Shown here one piece after another: positions 17,538 through 27,105 of a stretch of 64,000 nucleotides of DNA. Position numbers and translations under genes: made by a program. The notes under the pieces were generated by a model that was not told the DNA's origin, searched no databases, and saw nothing but the letters and a program-made list of their open reading frames with translations. The DNA lies in IMG/VR virus record IMGVR_UViG_3300031420_000498; one strand, written 5' to 3'. The stretch comes from a virus. Position 1 is the stretch's first letter; each line of letters opens with the position of its first letter.

Positions 17538-17990
17538 ATGAGCCTTCGCAGTACCCTCGCACTTCATCTCGGAGATCTCAAGGAGAACTCGAAAGACCGA
17601 GAATACCGGCTAGAGGCTGAGTTTGGATCTCCCGAAGAGCTCCCCAAGGGCACGCTCAAGAAAGATGCGACCGGACAGGTCTGGCGCACCGCTCGGGGGA
17701 GGCGTAGGAGCTACTGGGAACGCACGCTCACGCTGACTCCAGCAAAGCGCGAGCGCATGTTTCAGCTCATCGGCTATGGTCGCTGGGTAGCTCTAGCCTA
17801 TCTCCTCCTGTGGGCTGCCCTCTACGCGCTCAGGCTCGACACGCTCTCCGTGAACGGCATGGTGCCGACCTATGTGCTAGGTGAGGCAATCAACAGCATC
17901 GCTCCAGTCTTCATCCTGATCTTCTTCCTGCGCTTCCTCCCTAAGACAGCGGCGGTCCTCGAGGAAGATGGCACGATTTCACCGGTCTGA
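17538..17990 (+). CDS. membrane protein (2 TM)
   Basis: Two C-terminal hydrophobic segments. Confidence 0.6.
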   Translation: MSLRSTLALHLGDLKENSKDREYRLEAEFGSPEELPKGTLKKDATGQVWRTARGRRRSYWERTLTLTPAKRERMFQLIGYGRWVALAYLLLWAALYALRLDTLSVNGMVPTYVLGEAINSIAPVFILIFFLRFLPKTAAVLEEDGTISPV

Positions 17991-18056
17991 TCGGGGTGCT
18001 GAACTGACCTGCTGAAGGTGTTGTGGTCAGCGTAGATCGGGTGTATTGTTCTCCCC

Positions 18057-18332
18057 ATGGACACCCTCGCTTCTTCGACCACCGTCTACTCCACCTCCAC
18101 GGGTGAGGTCAACCCCTTCATCGCGCTTCCCGAGGCGCTCCAGGGTGAGCTCCAGTTCATCCAGCTCGCTAACGGCGAGTCCGTCTGGGCCGAAAGCCAG
18201 TCGGACTACATGGACGAGTATTGCTTCGTCTGCTCCCGGGCCACCGACCACCGCGGTGAGCACGACGACCTGGTGGAGCAGGGGCTCGCCACCTACAGCC
18301 GCACCACGGCTGAGGTCTACCGGAACTACTGA
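18057..18332 (+). CDS. hypothetical protein, leaderless, CxxC..H motif
   Basis: GTTGTG..GTG-TATTGT promoter; CFVCSRATDHRGEH. Confidence 0.7.
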   Translation: MDTLASSTTVYSTSTGEVNPFIALPEALQGELQFIQLANGESVWAESQSDYMDEYCFVCSRATDHRGEHDDLVEQGLATYSRTTAEVYRNY

Positions 18333-18452
18333 GCTCTAGTCTCTACTCAGGAGGGATGGCCGAATCTTAGGATTCCGGTCGTCCCTCCTCTCATTTTCGC
18401 TCCTACGGTACAATGCTCACTGACCACAAGCTTTGAGCATCGAGGAGAGTCC

Positions 18453-18926
18453 ATGGTTCAGCACATCACTGTGTTCTGCCCTCACGGCAAACAGATCAGT
18501 ACCTGCGAATGCCCGTCCCCTCTTAAGGCCGTGGTAGTTCGGCCGGTCTGTTCTCTCGACTGTATTGATCCGCGGTCCGGTGGCTCAGAAGCCTCAGAAA
18601 GCCCATCCACCCAACAGGCTACAGCTATTGGGTCAGCCGAACCTAGGACCGATCGTCCAAGGAGCCGGATCGCAGCCCTGCAAGCGCTGAAATCAGACTG
18701 GATCCTCCTCAACGAATACCTTGCGACGAGCGAAGACACTGAAATCTTCGAGCCACTTGAGCTCGTGCTCAACAGCCTTTGCGAGCTAGCAGCAATCAGG
18801 CTTGATAGCGTCGATCCTCGAACTCGAATCACAGCCGAGGGAAGAGTCGAAGATGCCCTGAGAGGTAGCTACGCCGACCAGATTCATGCGATCAGAGAAG
18901 ATGGCGAAGGTACCCCGTTGCAGTAG
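18453..18926 (+). CDS. hypothetical protein with Cys-rich N-terminus
   Basis: GAGGAG SD; CPHG..CECP..CSLDC. Confidence 0.55.
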   Translation: MVQHITVFCPHGKQISTCECPSPLKAVVVRPVCSLDCIDPRSGGSEASESPSTQQATAIGSAEPRTDRPRSRIAALQALKSDWILLNEYLATSEDTEIFEPLELVLNSLCELAAIRLDSVDPRTRITAEGRVEDALRGSYADQIHAIREDGEGTPLQ

Positions 18927-18952
18927 CTTCTCGGATGTGATAGATTCGATCC

Positions 18953-19282
18953 ATGCAGACCATCACAGCGAACACGAGCTCCCTGAAGAGCTTCGCCAAG
19001 AGCCTCGAACCCAAGCTCATCTACCGGGATCAGGACGGCGACTACATCTATCTCGACGGCGAGGGAAAGGTGCGGCTCGCGGTGACTTTCGCCGAAAAGG
19101 ATCCCAGCTTCCACAGTGCGAAGGCCATCGTCAAGCACACTGACAGCTACGATCTCATGCCTGTCGTCCTGGCTCAGGATCCGATCACCGATGAGCTCAT
19201 CGTCAACTACTCTCGGCTCGAGCGCACGGTTGAGCCCGACTACCCGGTGGTCTTCGAGCCAGAAGACCGGGAAGGGGAGTAG
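18953..19282 (+). CDS. hypothetical protein
   Basis: Codon bias typical of the element. Confidence 0.7.
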   Translation: MQTITANTSSLKSFAKSLEPKLIYRDQDGDYIYLDGEGKVRLAVTFAEKDPSFHSAKAIVKHTDSYDLMPVVLAQDPITDELIVNYSRLERTVEPDYPVVFEPEDREGE

Positions 19283-19284
19283 CC

Positions 19285-19470
19285 ATGGGTCAGCGCAATC
19301 AGGACTGGAAGCGAACTGAGAGCGAGCGCCCCGAGGATGGCGTGGAGGTTCTCACCATGGACTCAGGTGGCCACGAGCAGACCCTGAAGCTCAGCGGAAA
19401 CCTCTGGTGGTTCCCGGACGGCTCCATGTATGTCTACTACACCCCGAAGATGTGGCGCTACATCGGCTGA
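19285..19470 (+). CDS. small phage-type protein (DUF551-like W..P..W pattern)
   Basis: WKRTESERPEDGVEVL ... TPKMWR. Confidence 0.55.
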   Translation: MGQRNQDWKRTESERPEDGVEVLTMDSGGHEQTLKLSGNLWWFPDGSMYVYYTPKMWRYIG

Positions 19471-19520
19471 TCCGAGAGGCTCAGGTCGATAGTGAGCTCA
19501 TCTCCAACCGAAGGATCCCC

Positions 19521-19766
19521 ATGCGTTCAGCTGTCTTCAAGGTGCTCGTCGTAGCTGCCTCCCTCCTCGCTGCTGGTTTCAGCGCCGTGGCCATCGGAAG
19601 CTGGGCCATCATCAACTGGGATGGAACTGGCGGGGCTAACATCGGTGCCGGCGCACTGATGCTCTTCGGCACCGTAGTCGGCTCTGCGGGGCTACTCCTG
19701 GCGGCTACAGCTCTAGCGCTAGGGATCGTACACCGGAGCCGTTCTAGGTCCAGAGGAAGGCGCTGA
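19521..19766 (+). CDS. small membrane protein (2 TM)
   Basis: Two hydrophobic helices, basic tail. Confidence 0.65.
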   Translation: MRSAVFKVLVVAASLLAAGFSAVAIGSWAIINWDGTGGANIGAGALMLFGTVVGSAGLLLAATALALGIVHRSRSRSRGRR

Positions 19767-19769
19767 CCG

Positions 19770-20060
19770 ATGGATGAGAGAAAGCCCAATGACCCAAGAG
19801 ACTGGAGCGTGATGGGCACTCTGACTCGAGTGCTCTTCGTGGTGTCCATGGTGCTCATCGGCTTTGGAGCGGTGGGACTCCTAGCGAGCTTCATCTACAC
19901 ACGCACCGGTTGGATCGACAGCTTCTACTCAGCCTCACTCTACGGCAACACTGTAGGCATCATCCTCCTTCTTGTGACAACCTTTCGGCTCAGAAATGAT
20001 CTGGAGCGAGCACGATCCGCAGCCGGAGCTGAAGAGAAGGAAATAGACAGCCATGAGTGA
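19770..20060 (+). CDS. small membrane protein (2 TM)
   Basis: Two hydrophobic helices. Confidence 0.6.
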   Translation: MDERKPNDPRDWSVMGTLTRVLFVVSMVLIGFGAVGLLASFIYTRTGWIDSFYSASLYGNTVGIILLLVTTFRLRNDLERARSAAGAEEKEIDSHE

Positions 20061-20212
20061 ATCAAGAGGCAACGAGCCTAGAGATAACGAGCGCCCAGAG
20101 CCTGTTCACGACCACGAAAGCCGCTGCTGCCGAGAGCACGGTGTCCATGTGAACCCCCATCGAGTCTGCATCCTTCGCTAGGGAGTAGTAAGTCTGGCTT
20201 AGGCAGATCCTG

Positions 20213-20247
20213 TTGACAGGCTCGACTTCGAGGCGTAGGTTGAAATC
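20213..20247 (+). promoter_or_regulatory. sigmaA-type promoter of a leaderless gene
   Basis: TTGACA (20213) -17 nt- TAGGTT (20236) -6 nt- ATG 20248. Confidence 0.8.
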
Positions 20248-20484
20248 ATGAGCGCTCAATACTCCCACCCGATCCGCCAGGACATCCCGCTCCTCATCAC
20301 CTACCCGATCAGCGGCCCGGCAGCGGATTACGCGCTCCTCCACGCCGAAGGTTGCAGCCACACGCTGCGCAAAGGTGTCCGAGAGCCCATGGAGTTCGGA
20401 GGAGACGAGAACTACTACTCGGACGACTTCTTCATGGTGGCTCCCTGCGCCAAGCTCAAGGGTCGCAAGGGGACAGCAAAGTAG
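20248..20484 (+). CDS. hypothetical protein, leaderless
   Basis: Promoter immediately upstream; codon bias. Confidence 0.7.
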   Translation: MSAQYSHPIRQDIPLLITYPISGPAADYALLHAEGCSHTLRKGVREPMEFGGDENYYSDDFFMVAPCAKLKGRKGTAK

Positions 20485-20533
20485 CTTCGACAGGACTGTT
20501 GCCGGGCTCAGCCCCTTGGTGTAAGGTAATCCC

Positions 20534-20794
20534 ATGGACACCACTTCGAAGCTCTCCCTCTGGGACACCGCTAGCTTCAACTCGCTCTCCCGCCGCTGGA
20601 TCCTCGGCTACGATCCCGAAGGCCTCGACAAGGCGGCCGAGCTCCTCGCTCTCTGCATCACCGAAGAGGAGCGCCACTCAGCGCTCTGGTGGTGGAACGA
20701 GGGCTGCCGGGACTACGCCGACGGTGAGAAGCACCGGGAAGAGCTCGTCCAGGCCCTGGTGAACCGGGAGCAGGAGCTCTACCCGCGGAGCTGA
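20534..20794 (+). CDS. hypothetical protein, leaderless
   Basis: GTG-TAAGGT -6 nt- ATG. Confidence 0.7.
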   Translation: MDTTSKLSLWDTASFNSLSRRWILGYDPEGLDKAAELLALCITEEERHSALWWWNEGCRDYADGEKHREELVQALVNREQELYPRS

Positions 20795-20863
20795 CCGCTG
20801 AGGCTCCGATAGCCTCTTCCACTGACAGCTTTCCACAGAACTTCTTTCAGAAGGAGAATTCCC

Positions 20864-21181
20864 ATGAGCGCAACCCCAGAGCTTCAGGCTACCATGGACG
20901 AGCTCGACCGTCGATCAGCTCACCTCATCGACACTGACGCTGAGCTTCTCAAGTCGCTCAAGGCGTCACGGATCCGCTCGGAGCTCTCGGTCGAGACGGT
21001 AGCTGAGCGCATGAGCGTTTCCCCGGAGACGGTGGAGGAGTTCGAGAAGTACTACGCCAACCCGACAATGAGCCTGATCCGGCGCTACGCTATGGCTGTC
21101 AACCTCGAGCTCACCCACACCGCGGTCGAGCTTCCGATCATCACCGACGAAGATGTCAGAGGTTCCTTCGAGAACCGTTGA
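20864..21181 (+). CDS. XRE-family helix-turn-helix protein
   Basis: LKASRIRSELSVETVAERMSVSPETVEEFE...PTMSLIRRYA. Confidence 0.8.
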   Translation: MSATPELQATMDELDRRSAHLIDTDAELLKSLKASRIRSELSVETVAERMSVSPETVEEFEKYYANPTMSLIRRYAMAVNLELTHTAVELPIITDEDVRGSFENR

Positions 21182-21234
21182 GCCCAGCACGATACAACAG
21201 CTCTGACCGAGATTACCTATCCGAAGGAGCAGCT

Positions 21235-21609
21235 ATGGCCGAGCAGTCCGAAACCCTCGTGGGAAGAGCATCTCGAGCGCTTGTCTCCATGAGCAGCTGG
21301 ATCGACGAGGCCAACGCACACCGGGACGCCGAGGCTGCGATGCTCCACCGGCTCATCAAGATCACTGAAGAAAATGGCGAGGTTATCCTTGCGCTCATCG
21401 GTGCCCTCGGAGCCAACCCCCGCAAGGGAGTCACCAACGGCTGGGACAAGGTTCTAGACGAGCTCCTCGATGTGGCAGTCACCGCCCTGGGAGCCTATGA
21501 GCATCTCGACGGCCATCGAGGTCGAGCCATCCCAGCCCTCCTGGAGAAGATCGAGGCAGTGGCAGCTCGTGCGGGCGTATTCCAGGGGGATTCTTCTTCA
21601 GAAGGTTGA
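21235..21609 (+). CDS. MazG-like nucleotide pyrophosphohydrolase
   Basis: KITEENGEV ... ELLDVAVTA (EExxE...ExxD all-alpha NTP-PPase motif). Confidence 0.75.
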   Translation: MAEQSETLVGRASRALVSMSSWIDEANAHRDAEAAMLHRLIKITEENGEVILALIGALGANPRKGVTNGWDKVLDELLDVAVTALGAYEHLDGHRGRAIPALLEKIEAVAARAGVFQGDSSSEG

Positions 21610-21678
21610 CAGCTGCTAGCTTCGGGCGTAGGTTGAGCTCTAACCACTCCATCTACTCAGCCTGAGGAGACCCACCCC

Positions 21679-21963
21679 ATGAGCAACTCCGCCTCCGTCG
21701 CCGAGATCCTCGGTCCCGACGCAAAGTTCGATCCCACCACACCCTTCGGCCAGTGGGACGATGTGGCGAAGCAGTACGAGAACACCACCGATGTGCTGAT
21801 CTTCAACTACGACAACATGTCTGTCTCCTACGCCGAGGGCTGGGGCGCCGGTAGCCCGACTCCGATCTCCGGTGACACCCTGGCCCGCTTCAAGGACATG
21901 GTGAGCGAGAAGCCGAGGCTCAAGGACCACAAGTACCCGGGCAAGGCGAAGCCCGTTTCCTGA
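21679..21963 (+). CDS. hypothetical protein
   Basis: TTGACA..TAGGTT promoter, GAGGAG SD. Confidence 0.7.
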   Translation: MSNSASVAEILGPDAKFDPTTPFGQWDDVAKQYENTTDVLIFNYDNMSVSYAEGWGAGSPTPISGDTLARFKDMVSEKPRLKDHKYPGKAKPVS

Positions 21964-22123
21964 GCCCCGGATCGGTGCTTTCGAACGCCTCTCAGAATCG
22001 CTCCTTGGCAGCCTGAACGCGCAGGCTAGAGATCAACAGTAGTTGTCCCTCTAGCCTGCGCTTTCGCTGTTCCTGAGGGCACTTCTGTCAGAACCATGCA
22101 GATCGCATCACGATACGAGAGGG

Positions 22124-22159
22124 TTGACTTCCACGCAGAACATGGTGTAAGTTGAACCC
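22124..22159 (+). promoter_or_regulatory. sigmaA-type promoter of a leaderless gene
   Basis: TTGACT (22124) -18 nt- TAAGTT (22148) -6 nt- ATG 22160. Confidence 0.8.
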
Positions 22160-22606
22160 ATGAGTCAGAAGCAGATCGACACCGTCAAGGCGTTCCTCGA
22201 GGCCCAGGGTCTCATCGAGGGAGAGCACTACGAGATCGGTGCTGGCGAGTCCGGCACCGACAACCTGAGCATCACCATCGAGCTCGCTCAGGATCCCCGG
22301 CCGCTGCCCGAAGAGCTCCTGGCCCACAGCCACATGGACGATGTGGAGCTCGACCGGGCGATCTACAAGGGCTGCAGCTACCGTTCCCTGAGCGGGGCCC
22401 GGTTCTACTACGCCCTGGGCAACTACGAGAACAGCGAGTTCCGGAAGCTGCCCGCAGTTGTAGAGCTCGAGGGCACCCTGAAGGACATCCAAACCGCCGA
22501 GGCCATGGACGCTTACGATGAGGGGCTCAAGGGCCTCTGGGCGGAATTCCAGAAGACGCCCCGGATCGCAGAGCTCAACCGGGAGCTCGAGGAGAACTAC
22601 TTCTGA
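22160..22606 (+). CDS. hypothetical protein, paralog 1 of EGxxF/PEEL family
   Basis: MSQKQIDTVKAFLEAQGLIEGEHY..LPEELL. Confidence 0.75.
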   Translation: MSQKQIDTVKAFLEAQGLIEGEHYEIGAGESGTDNLSITIELAQDPRPLPEELLAHSHMDDVELDRAIYKGCSYRSLSGARFYYALGNYENSEFRKLPAVVELEGTLKDIQTAEAMDAYDEGLKGLWAEFQKTPRIAELNRELEENYF

Positions 22607-23037
22607 TGGCTGACTCCAGGATCACGCTCGGCGGCCTTCGTTCAGTTCTCGGCGAAGAGGGTCTCGTCGAAGGTCGGGACTTCACTGTGGACGCAGACAG
22701 CGAGGGTAATCTGCGGGTCACTGTCTCCGTGGCTCCGGATTCCTTCTATCTTCCCGAGGAGCTCCTTGGCCACGATCCCTCCAGGACCGAGGTCGACCGC
22801 GCACTGAGCTCAGGAAGCCGATCCAAGAAGACTAGGGACGGAGTTCGCTTTGAGCTCGCCATCGCTTCCTTTAGGAAGGCTCTCTACGCGGATGAGAAGC
22901 TCACCGCATTCCTCGCTGATCCCCGCGCTGATCGTGGCGACGAGTTCAAGGATCGCGGAGAGGACATCTGGAAGCGCATCGAGGGTGAGGTCGCGCTCGA
23001 GGGCTTCGAGGAGCGCCTTCGGACCGACTTCTACTGA
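22606..23037 (+). CDS. hypothetical protein, paralog 2 (TGATG overlap)
   Basis: GLVEGRDF..LPEELL..ERLRTDFY. Confidence 0.75.
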   Translation: MADSRITLGGLRSVLGEEGLVEGRDFTVDADSEGNLRVTVSVAPDSFYLPEELLGHDPSRTEVDRALSSGSRSKKTRDGVRFELAIASFRKALYADEKLTAFLADPRADRGDEFKDRGEDIWKRIEGEVALEGFEERLRTDFY

Positions 23038-23054
23038 GCCGCTCAGCTCAGAGC

Positions 23055-23100
23055 GACAGGAAGAGCACAGCTGACGAAAAGTGGTTGTGCTCTTCCTGTC
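23055..23100. terminator. 14-bp inverted repeat overlapping the -35 box of the next promoter
   Basis: GACAGGAAGAGCAC / GTGCTCTTCCTGTC; GTTGTG at 23084-23089. Confidence 0.65.
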
Positions 23101-23119
23101 TCTGGTGTAGGTTGGAACC

Positions 23120-23575
23120 ATGAGTCAGCAGCAGATCAACGACCTAAAGTCCTTCCTCGAGGCCCAGGGCTTCATCGAGGGTAAGCACTTCGAGACCCAC
23201 ATCGAGCAGGACACCAACGCCATGGACATCTCGGTGAAGATCCAGCTCGATGTGCCGAAGCCCATGCCCGAGGAACTTCTCCCCTTCCAGATGGATGGAG
23301 ACGAGCTCGAGCGCTACCTTTGGAAGGGCAACTACGACGGCGACTTCAGAACCTCGGCTGGCATCGAGTACGAGATCGCCCTGAGCCGCTACGCAGGCGC
23401 CATCATGGACAAGGATCCCGAATGGCTCGAACTCAGCCGGCGAATCCTTGCTGGGGGCGATGAGCTGCCCACCCTAGATGAGTACCAGCTCAAAAGGGGC
23501 GCCATCTGGAAGCGCATCTGCTTGGATCCTCAGATCGCAGCCTGGGAGCAGGACCTCAACGAGAACTACCGCTGA
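23120..23575 (+). CDS. hypothetical protein, paralog 3, leaderless
   Basis: MSQQQINDLKSFLEAQGFIEGKHF..MPEELL..DLNENY. Confidence 0.75.
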   Translation: MSQQQINDLKSFLEAQGFIEGKHFETHIEQDTNAMDISVKIQLDVPKPMPEELLPFQMDGDELERYLWKGNYDGDFRTSAGIEYEIALSRYAGAIMDKDPEWLELSRRILAGGDELPTLDEYQLKRGAIWKRICLDPQIAAWEQDLNENYR

Positions 23576-23600
23576 TCGAGGGATCGGAAGGACAGAGACT

Positions 23601-23822
23601 ATGGGCGCACGCTACGCTTTCGACCGGGACTACACCTACAACACCTTCGGCGCCAACGAGCACATCGAGGTGACTCTCTACAAGCTCAACGGCAAGGGCA
23701 CGAAGTGGAAGCCCATCCAGAGCTGGAGCTTCAGCACCTTCTTCAAGGAGCGAATCGCCGAGGCGCAGGCCGAACGGCGCATCCGTAAGCTTCGGGCTAC
23801 CTACAACGCAGAAGCGATCTGA
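23601..23822 (+). CDS. small basic hypothetical protein
   Basis: GAAGGA SD, codon bias. Confidence 0.65.
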   Translation: MGARYAFDRDYTYNTFGANEHIEVTLYKLNGKGTKWKPIQSWSFSTFFKERIAEAQAERRIRKLRATYNAEAI

Positions 23823-23831
23823 GCGGTTCCC

Positions 23832-24233
23832 ATGGAGATGAGCAAGCGAGAGATCCTGGAGCTCCAGGAAGTCGCCTGGAACGAGGGCGTGGAGGATCTG
23901 AAGCACGATCTTCTGCCCCCGCTCCACTACCACCCTCAGAGCACGGGTACCGACAATCCCTACACCCGTAGGCTCCGAGAGCTCGACGAGAACCCGCAGC
24001 CTCGCAGTGTCCGTGGCGATGATCGAGTCCGAGAGGCGCTCGAACTTCTCCGGACACTTCGATCCCGGGGAGAGTTCACTGATCTTCGGGAGCTCGGTCG
24101 CTCTGATTCCATGCTCGACAGTCTTGAGTCAGTTCTGAAGATGGGGCTGGAAGAGGACCGGGGAGACTACGACACGACTCCGGCAACGCTCCTAGCGGCT
24201 GCGGTCAATGAGTACGGGAAGCGACTGAGCTGA
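23832..24233 (+). CDS. hypothetical protein
   Basis: ORF track, in-operon spacing. Confidence 0.65.
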   Translation: MEMSKREILELQEVAWNEGVEDLKHDLLPPLHYHPQSTGTDNPYTRRLRELDENPQPRSVRGDDRVREALELLRTLRSRGEFTDLRELGRSDSMLDSLESVLKMGLEEDRGDYDTTPATLLAAAVNEYGKRLS

Positions 24234-24271
24234 GGGTTGTGGAATCATGCGGTCGAGCATATGATGGAACT

Positions 24272-24637
24272 ATGAACGACAACACCACGAAGACCGACAG
24301 TCGCGTCCACATCGATGTCGATTGGAGCGACTGGAATGGCACCCTTCCCGTGACCTCCGATGCCGACGAGCTCGCAAAGGCCATCGATGGCGAGATCGCT
24401 GACCTCATCAAGGAGGGCATCTACCCGGAGGGTCTGCGCTTCGAGAAGCACATCGCAGGCGGGCTCCTCGAGGGTCGCCACCCGGCGCTGATCGAGGTCT
24501 CTGCTCCTGACTCGGCCACTATCTTCAAGTTCTACACGGCTTACTGCGGCGGAGACGAGAGGCAGGCGGCCGACGAGCTCAGCGAGGCCCAGTACGAGGG
24601 TTTCGACACATCCGTTCTCCCTTCTGAGTACCGCTGA
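24272..24637 (+). CDS. acidic hypothetical protein, leaderless
   Basis: GTTGTG..TATGAT -6 nt- ATG 24272. Confidence 0.7.
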   Translation: MNDNTTKTDSRVHIDVDWSDWNGTLPVTSDADELAKAIDGEIADLIKEGIYPEGLRFEKHIAGGLLEGRHPALIEVSAPDSATIFKFYTAYCGGDERQAADELSEAQYEGFDTSVLPSEYR

Positions 24638-24758
24638 TCCTCTAAACCTCAGCAAAGCCGTAGCCTCATTCCCCTCGTGGGTCTGGGGCTACAGCTCTTT
24701 CGGGGCGCTTCAGGAATCGCGGTTGTACTCTTCAGACAGGCCGTGTACAGTTTCATCC

Positions 24759-25349
24759 ATGACCACCACGCGCCAGACCTTCGGCCCCCTCGTCCATCGA
24801 TCGCTCCAGGCCTCTGCTCGCTCCGCCCGAGAGATGGCGCGGATCTTCAGCTCCGAAGATGGCGACATCAGCCCCGAGTACCAGCGTGACTCGGTCTGGA
24901 CCGAGGACCAGCGCATCGCCCTGGTTCGCTCCTGGCTCATGGGTGTACCGATCCCGGCAGTGGTGGTCAACGACCGGATCTTCGGCTCCTGGCCCAGGGA
25001 TCGGACCGGACCTCTCGGCGGCTTCGCCTACGCAGTCATCGACGGCAAGCAGCGCATCGAGACGGCCATTGCCTGGTTCGCTGGGGAGTTCGGTGTCCCC
25101 GCGTCTTGGCTCCCGGCAGATGTGGTTGAGACCACGGAGGACACCGAGGACGGCCCCTATGTTCACTACACTGGCCTCGAGGCCAGTGAGCAGCGCCACC
25201 AGGCTATGATGTTCCAGCTCCCCACGGTGGAAGCTCAGGTCGCCACGATCCAGGAAGAGGCCGAACTCTTCTTGCTCCTCAACGGTGCTGGCACCCCGCA
25301 GACCGAGGCCAATCTCTCCCAGGCTCAGGCCGTGGCCGAGGGCAACTGA
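24759..25349 (+). CDS. stand-alone DUF262 (GmrS/ParB-like) domain protein, leaderless
   Basis: PEYQRDSVW, VPIP, VIDGKQR, FLLLNGAGTP. Confidence 0.8.
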   Translation: MTTTRQTFGPLVHRSLQASARSAREMARIFSSEDGDISPEYQRDSVWTEDQRIALVRSWLMGVPIPAVVVNDRIFGSWPRDRTGPLGGFAYAVIDGKQRIETAIAWFAGEFGVPASWLPADVVETTEDTEDGPYVHYTGLEASEQRHQAMMFQLPTVEAQVATIQEEAELFLLLNGAGTPQTEANLSQAQAVAEGN

Positions 25350-25418
25350 GCTTCTCGGGCGATAGCCCTTCGGCCACTCACTGACAGCACTCAAACAGAC
25401 TTAGAGAAGGAGACTCCC

Positions 25419-25610
25419 ATGGAACCTCGCAAGATCGGTGATCGAGCAGCAGAGGGCTTCGGCAACGCCTGGGGCACCATCATCGGCGTCTTCCCCTTCA
25501 CGGGTGCCTTCGGAGGCACCTACTACGAGTACGAGATCGAGTGGGATGACGGCGAGTACCCGGGTGAGCGCTACACCGAGGATGAGCTCCTCCCTATCCC
25601 CGTAGACTGA
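25419..25610 (+). CDS. small acidic hypothetical protein
   Basis: AAGGAG SD. Confidence 0.65.
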   Translation: MEPRKIGDRAAEGFGNAWGTIIGVFPFTGAFGGTYYEYEIEWDDGEYPGERYTEDELLPIPVD

Positions 25611-25628
25611 GCGAATCTCAGTTCAGCT

Positions 25629-25666
25629 GGCCTGTAGGAATTCCCTAGGGGATGTTCCTACAGGCC
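25629..25666. terminator. inverted repeat immediately before the next promoter
   Basis: GGCCTGTAGGAA / TTCCTACAGGCC then GTTGTG. Confidence 0.6.
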
Positions 25667-25703
25667 TGTTGTGCTGTCCTGGGCTCTGGTGTACGATTTT
25701 CCC

Positions 25704-26024
25704 ATGACCACCACATCGAAGAAGCTCACCAACATCCTCAAGTTCGGCGAGATCGTCCAGCACGACGGCTACACCATGCAGGAAGCTGGCACCATCCAGC
25801 TCGGCAAGTCGAGCTTCGATGTGAAGCTCCAGGCCTTCCCCAACGGTGAAGTGACCACCTGGCTCCACGGCGCTCGAGGCGCCGAGTACATCCTCCAGCC
25901 GCTCTCCTCCATCGAGAACTCTGGCAAGTACCGGATCATGTCCTTCGGCTCGGGTGCCTTCCTCCGCCGGGCTGGCAACGAGGTCCGGATCTTCATGTTC
26001 GGCAACCTCATCGAGGAGATCTAA
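25704..26024 (+). CDS. hypothetical protein, leaderless
   Basis: GTG-TACGAT then ATG 25704. Confidence 0.7.
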   Translation: MTTTSKKLTNILKFGEIVQHDGYTMQEAGTIQLGKSSFDVKLQAFPNGEVTTWLHGARGAEYILQPLSSIENSGKYRIMSFGSGAFLRRAGNEVRIFMFGNLIEEI

Positions 26025-26028
26025 GCAG

Positions 26029-27027
26029 ATGGTAGGAGCTTCAGCCTACAGCGAAGCCCGGCTTCAGCGAGCCTCCGAGGCCCTGGAAAAGCTCGGACTC
26101 TCCTCGGAGTACCTGGAGCTCCTCGCGGCCAACCCCTCCAGGGACTTTCCCTACCACGGCAATGAGCACCAGCTTGCGGTGGCCAACCTCGCCTACCGCA
26201 TGGGCTACACGCTTCAGCTCGGAGACAACGAGCGCAGAGCTCTCTTCCTCGCTGGTCTCTTTCACGACCAGGGCTACGATCTCAACGAGGAGGATTCAGC
26301 CAACATCGGCCAGGCCATCGCTCTGTCGAGCCCCAAGATCTACGAGCTCAACCCCGAGCTCCTCGAGCGAGTTGTTCAGCTCATCGCTGAAACGGAGGTT
26401 CCTCGCTCCCGGCCCAAGAGCCTGGCGGCGTCCATCCTTCAGGATGCGGACTTGCTCATGGTGACGCAGCCAGATGCCGACGAGTTCCTTCAGGGCCTCG
26501 CGCTTGAGCGTCCAGGCACCGTGATCGATCCGAGATTTCCAGGAGAGGCAGCCCTCAACAACGAGATCGCTCGCCGGCTCTATAGGACAGCCATGGAGCT
26601 GCGAGAGTCCGGCCGAAAGGTCGAGGACCCCCTCCTGGCGGTGTCAGTGGGTAACACTCACCACCAGCAGACGCTCTCTTCCCGAGGCTTCCTCGTCGAT
26701 ACGGATCTCTTGGAAGTTCTCGAGCTCCTCTGGGCCCAGGGCTACGAGACCGTCTACTCCTGCAGTGGTGATCCCGCCGGCGAGATCGCTCTGGGCTTCG
26801 ATGAGCCCATCCGAAGCTACATCGCTTTCGTGAACACCACGGAGGCCCAGGAAGAGATGCTCATGAGCCTGGCCTTCGCCATGGGCAGCGGCCTGGAGTA
26901 CTTCGATGGCTCCGAGGGCTCACTCAAGGCTACGGTGCTGCGCTTCTACAACTGGCGGATCGCTGATCTACTCACGATCACTCGCTACAGGCTCGAAGGC
27001 GTCGAGCCTGAGGAGCTCCAGGACTAG
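26029..27027 (+). CDS. HD-domain phosphohydrolase fused to a C-terminal domain with TVYSCSG motif
   Basis: YHGNEH, AGLFHD, ILQDADL; C-term VDTDLLEVLELLWAQGYETVYSCSGD. Confidence 0.75.
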   Translation: MVGASAYSEARLQRASEALEKLGLSSEYLELLAANPSRDFPYHGNEHQLAVANLAYRMGYTLQLGDNERRALFLAGLFHDQGYDLNEEDSANIGQAIALSSPKIYELNPELLERVVQLIAETEVPRSRPKSLAASILQDADLLMVTQPDADEFLQGLALERPGTVIDPRFPGEAALNNEIARRLYRTAMELRESGRKVEDPLLAVSVGNTHHQQTLSSRGFLVDTDLLEVLELLWAQGYETVYSCSGDPAGEIALGFDEPIRSYIAFVNTTEAQEEMLMSLAFAMGSGLEYFDGSEGSLKATVLRFYNWRIADLLTITRYRLEGVEPEELQD

Positions 27028-27105
27028 AGTACTGTGAGTCGACGGGCTGAGAAAAAGTTTGGACAGACTGTTGCGGTCGACAAGATCGCGGTTTACAATG
27101 GACCT

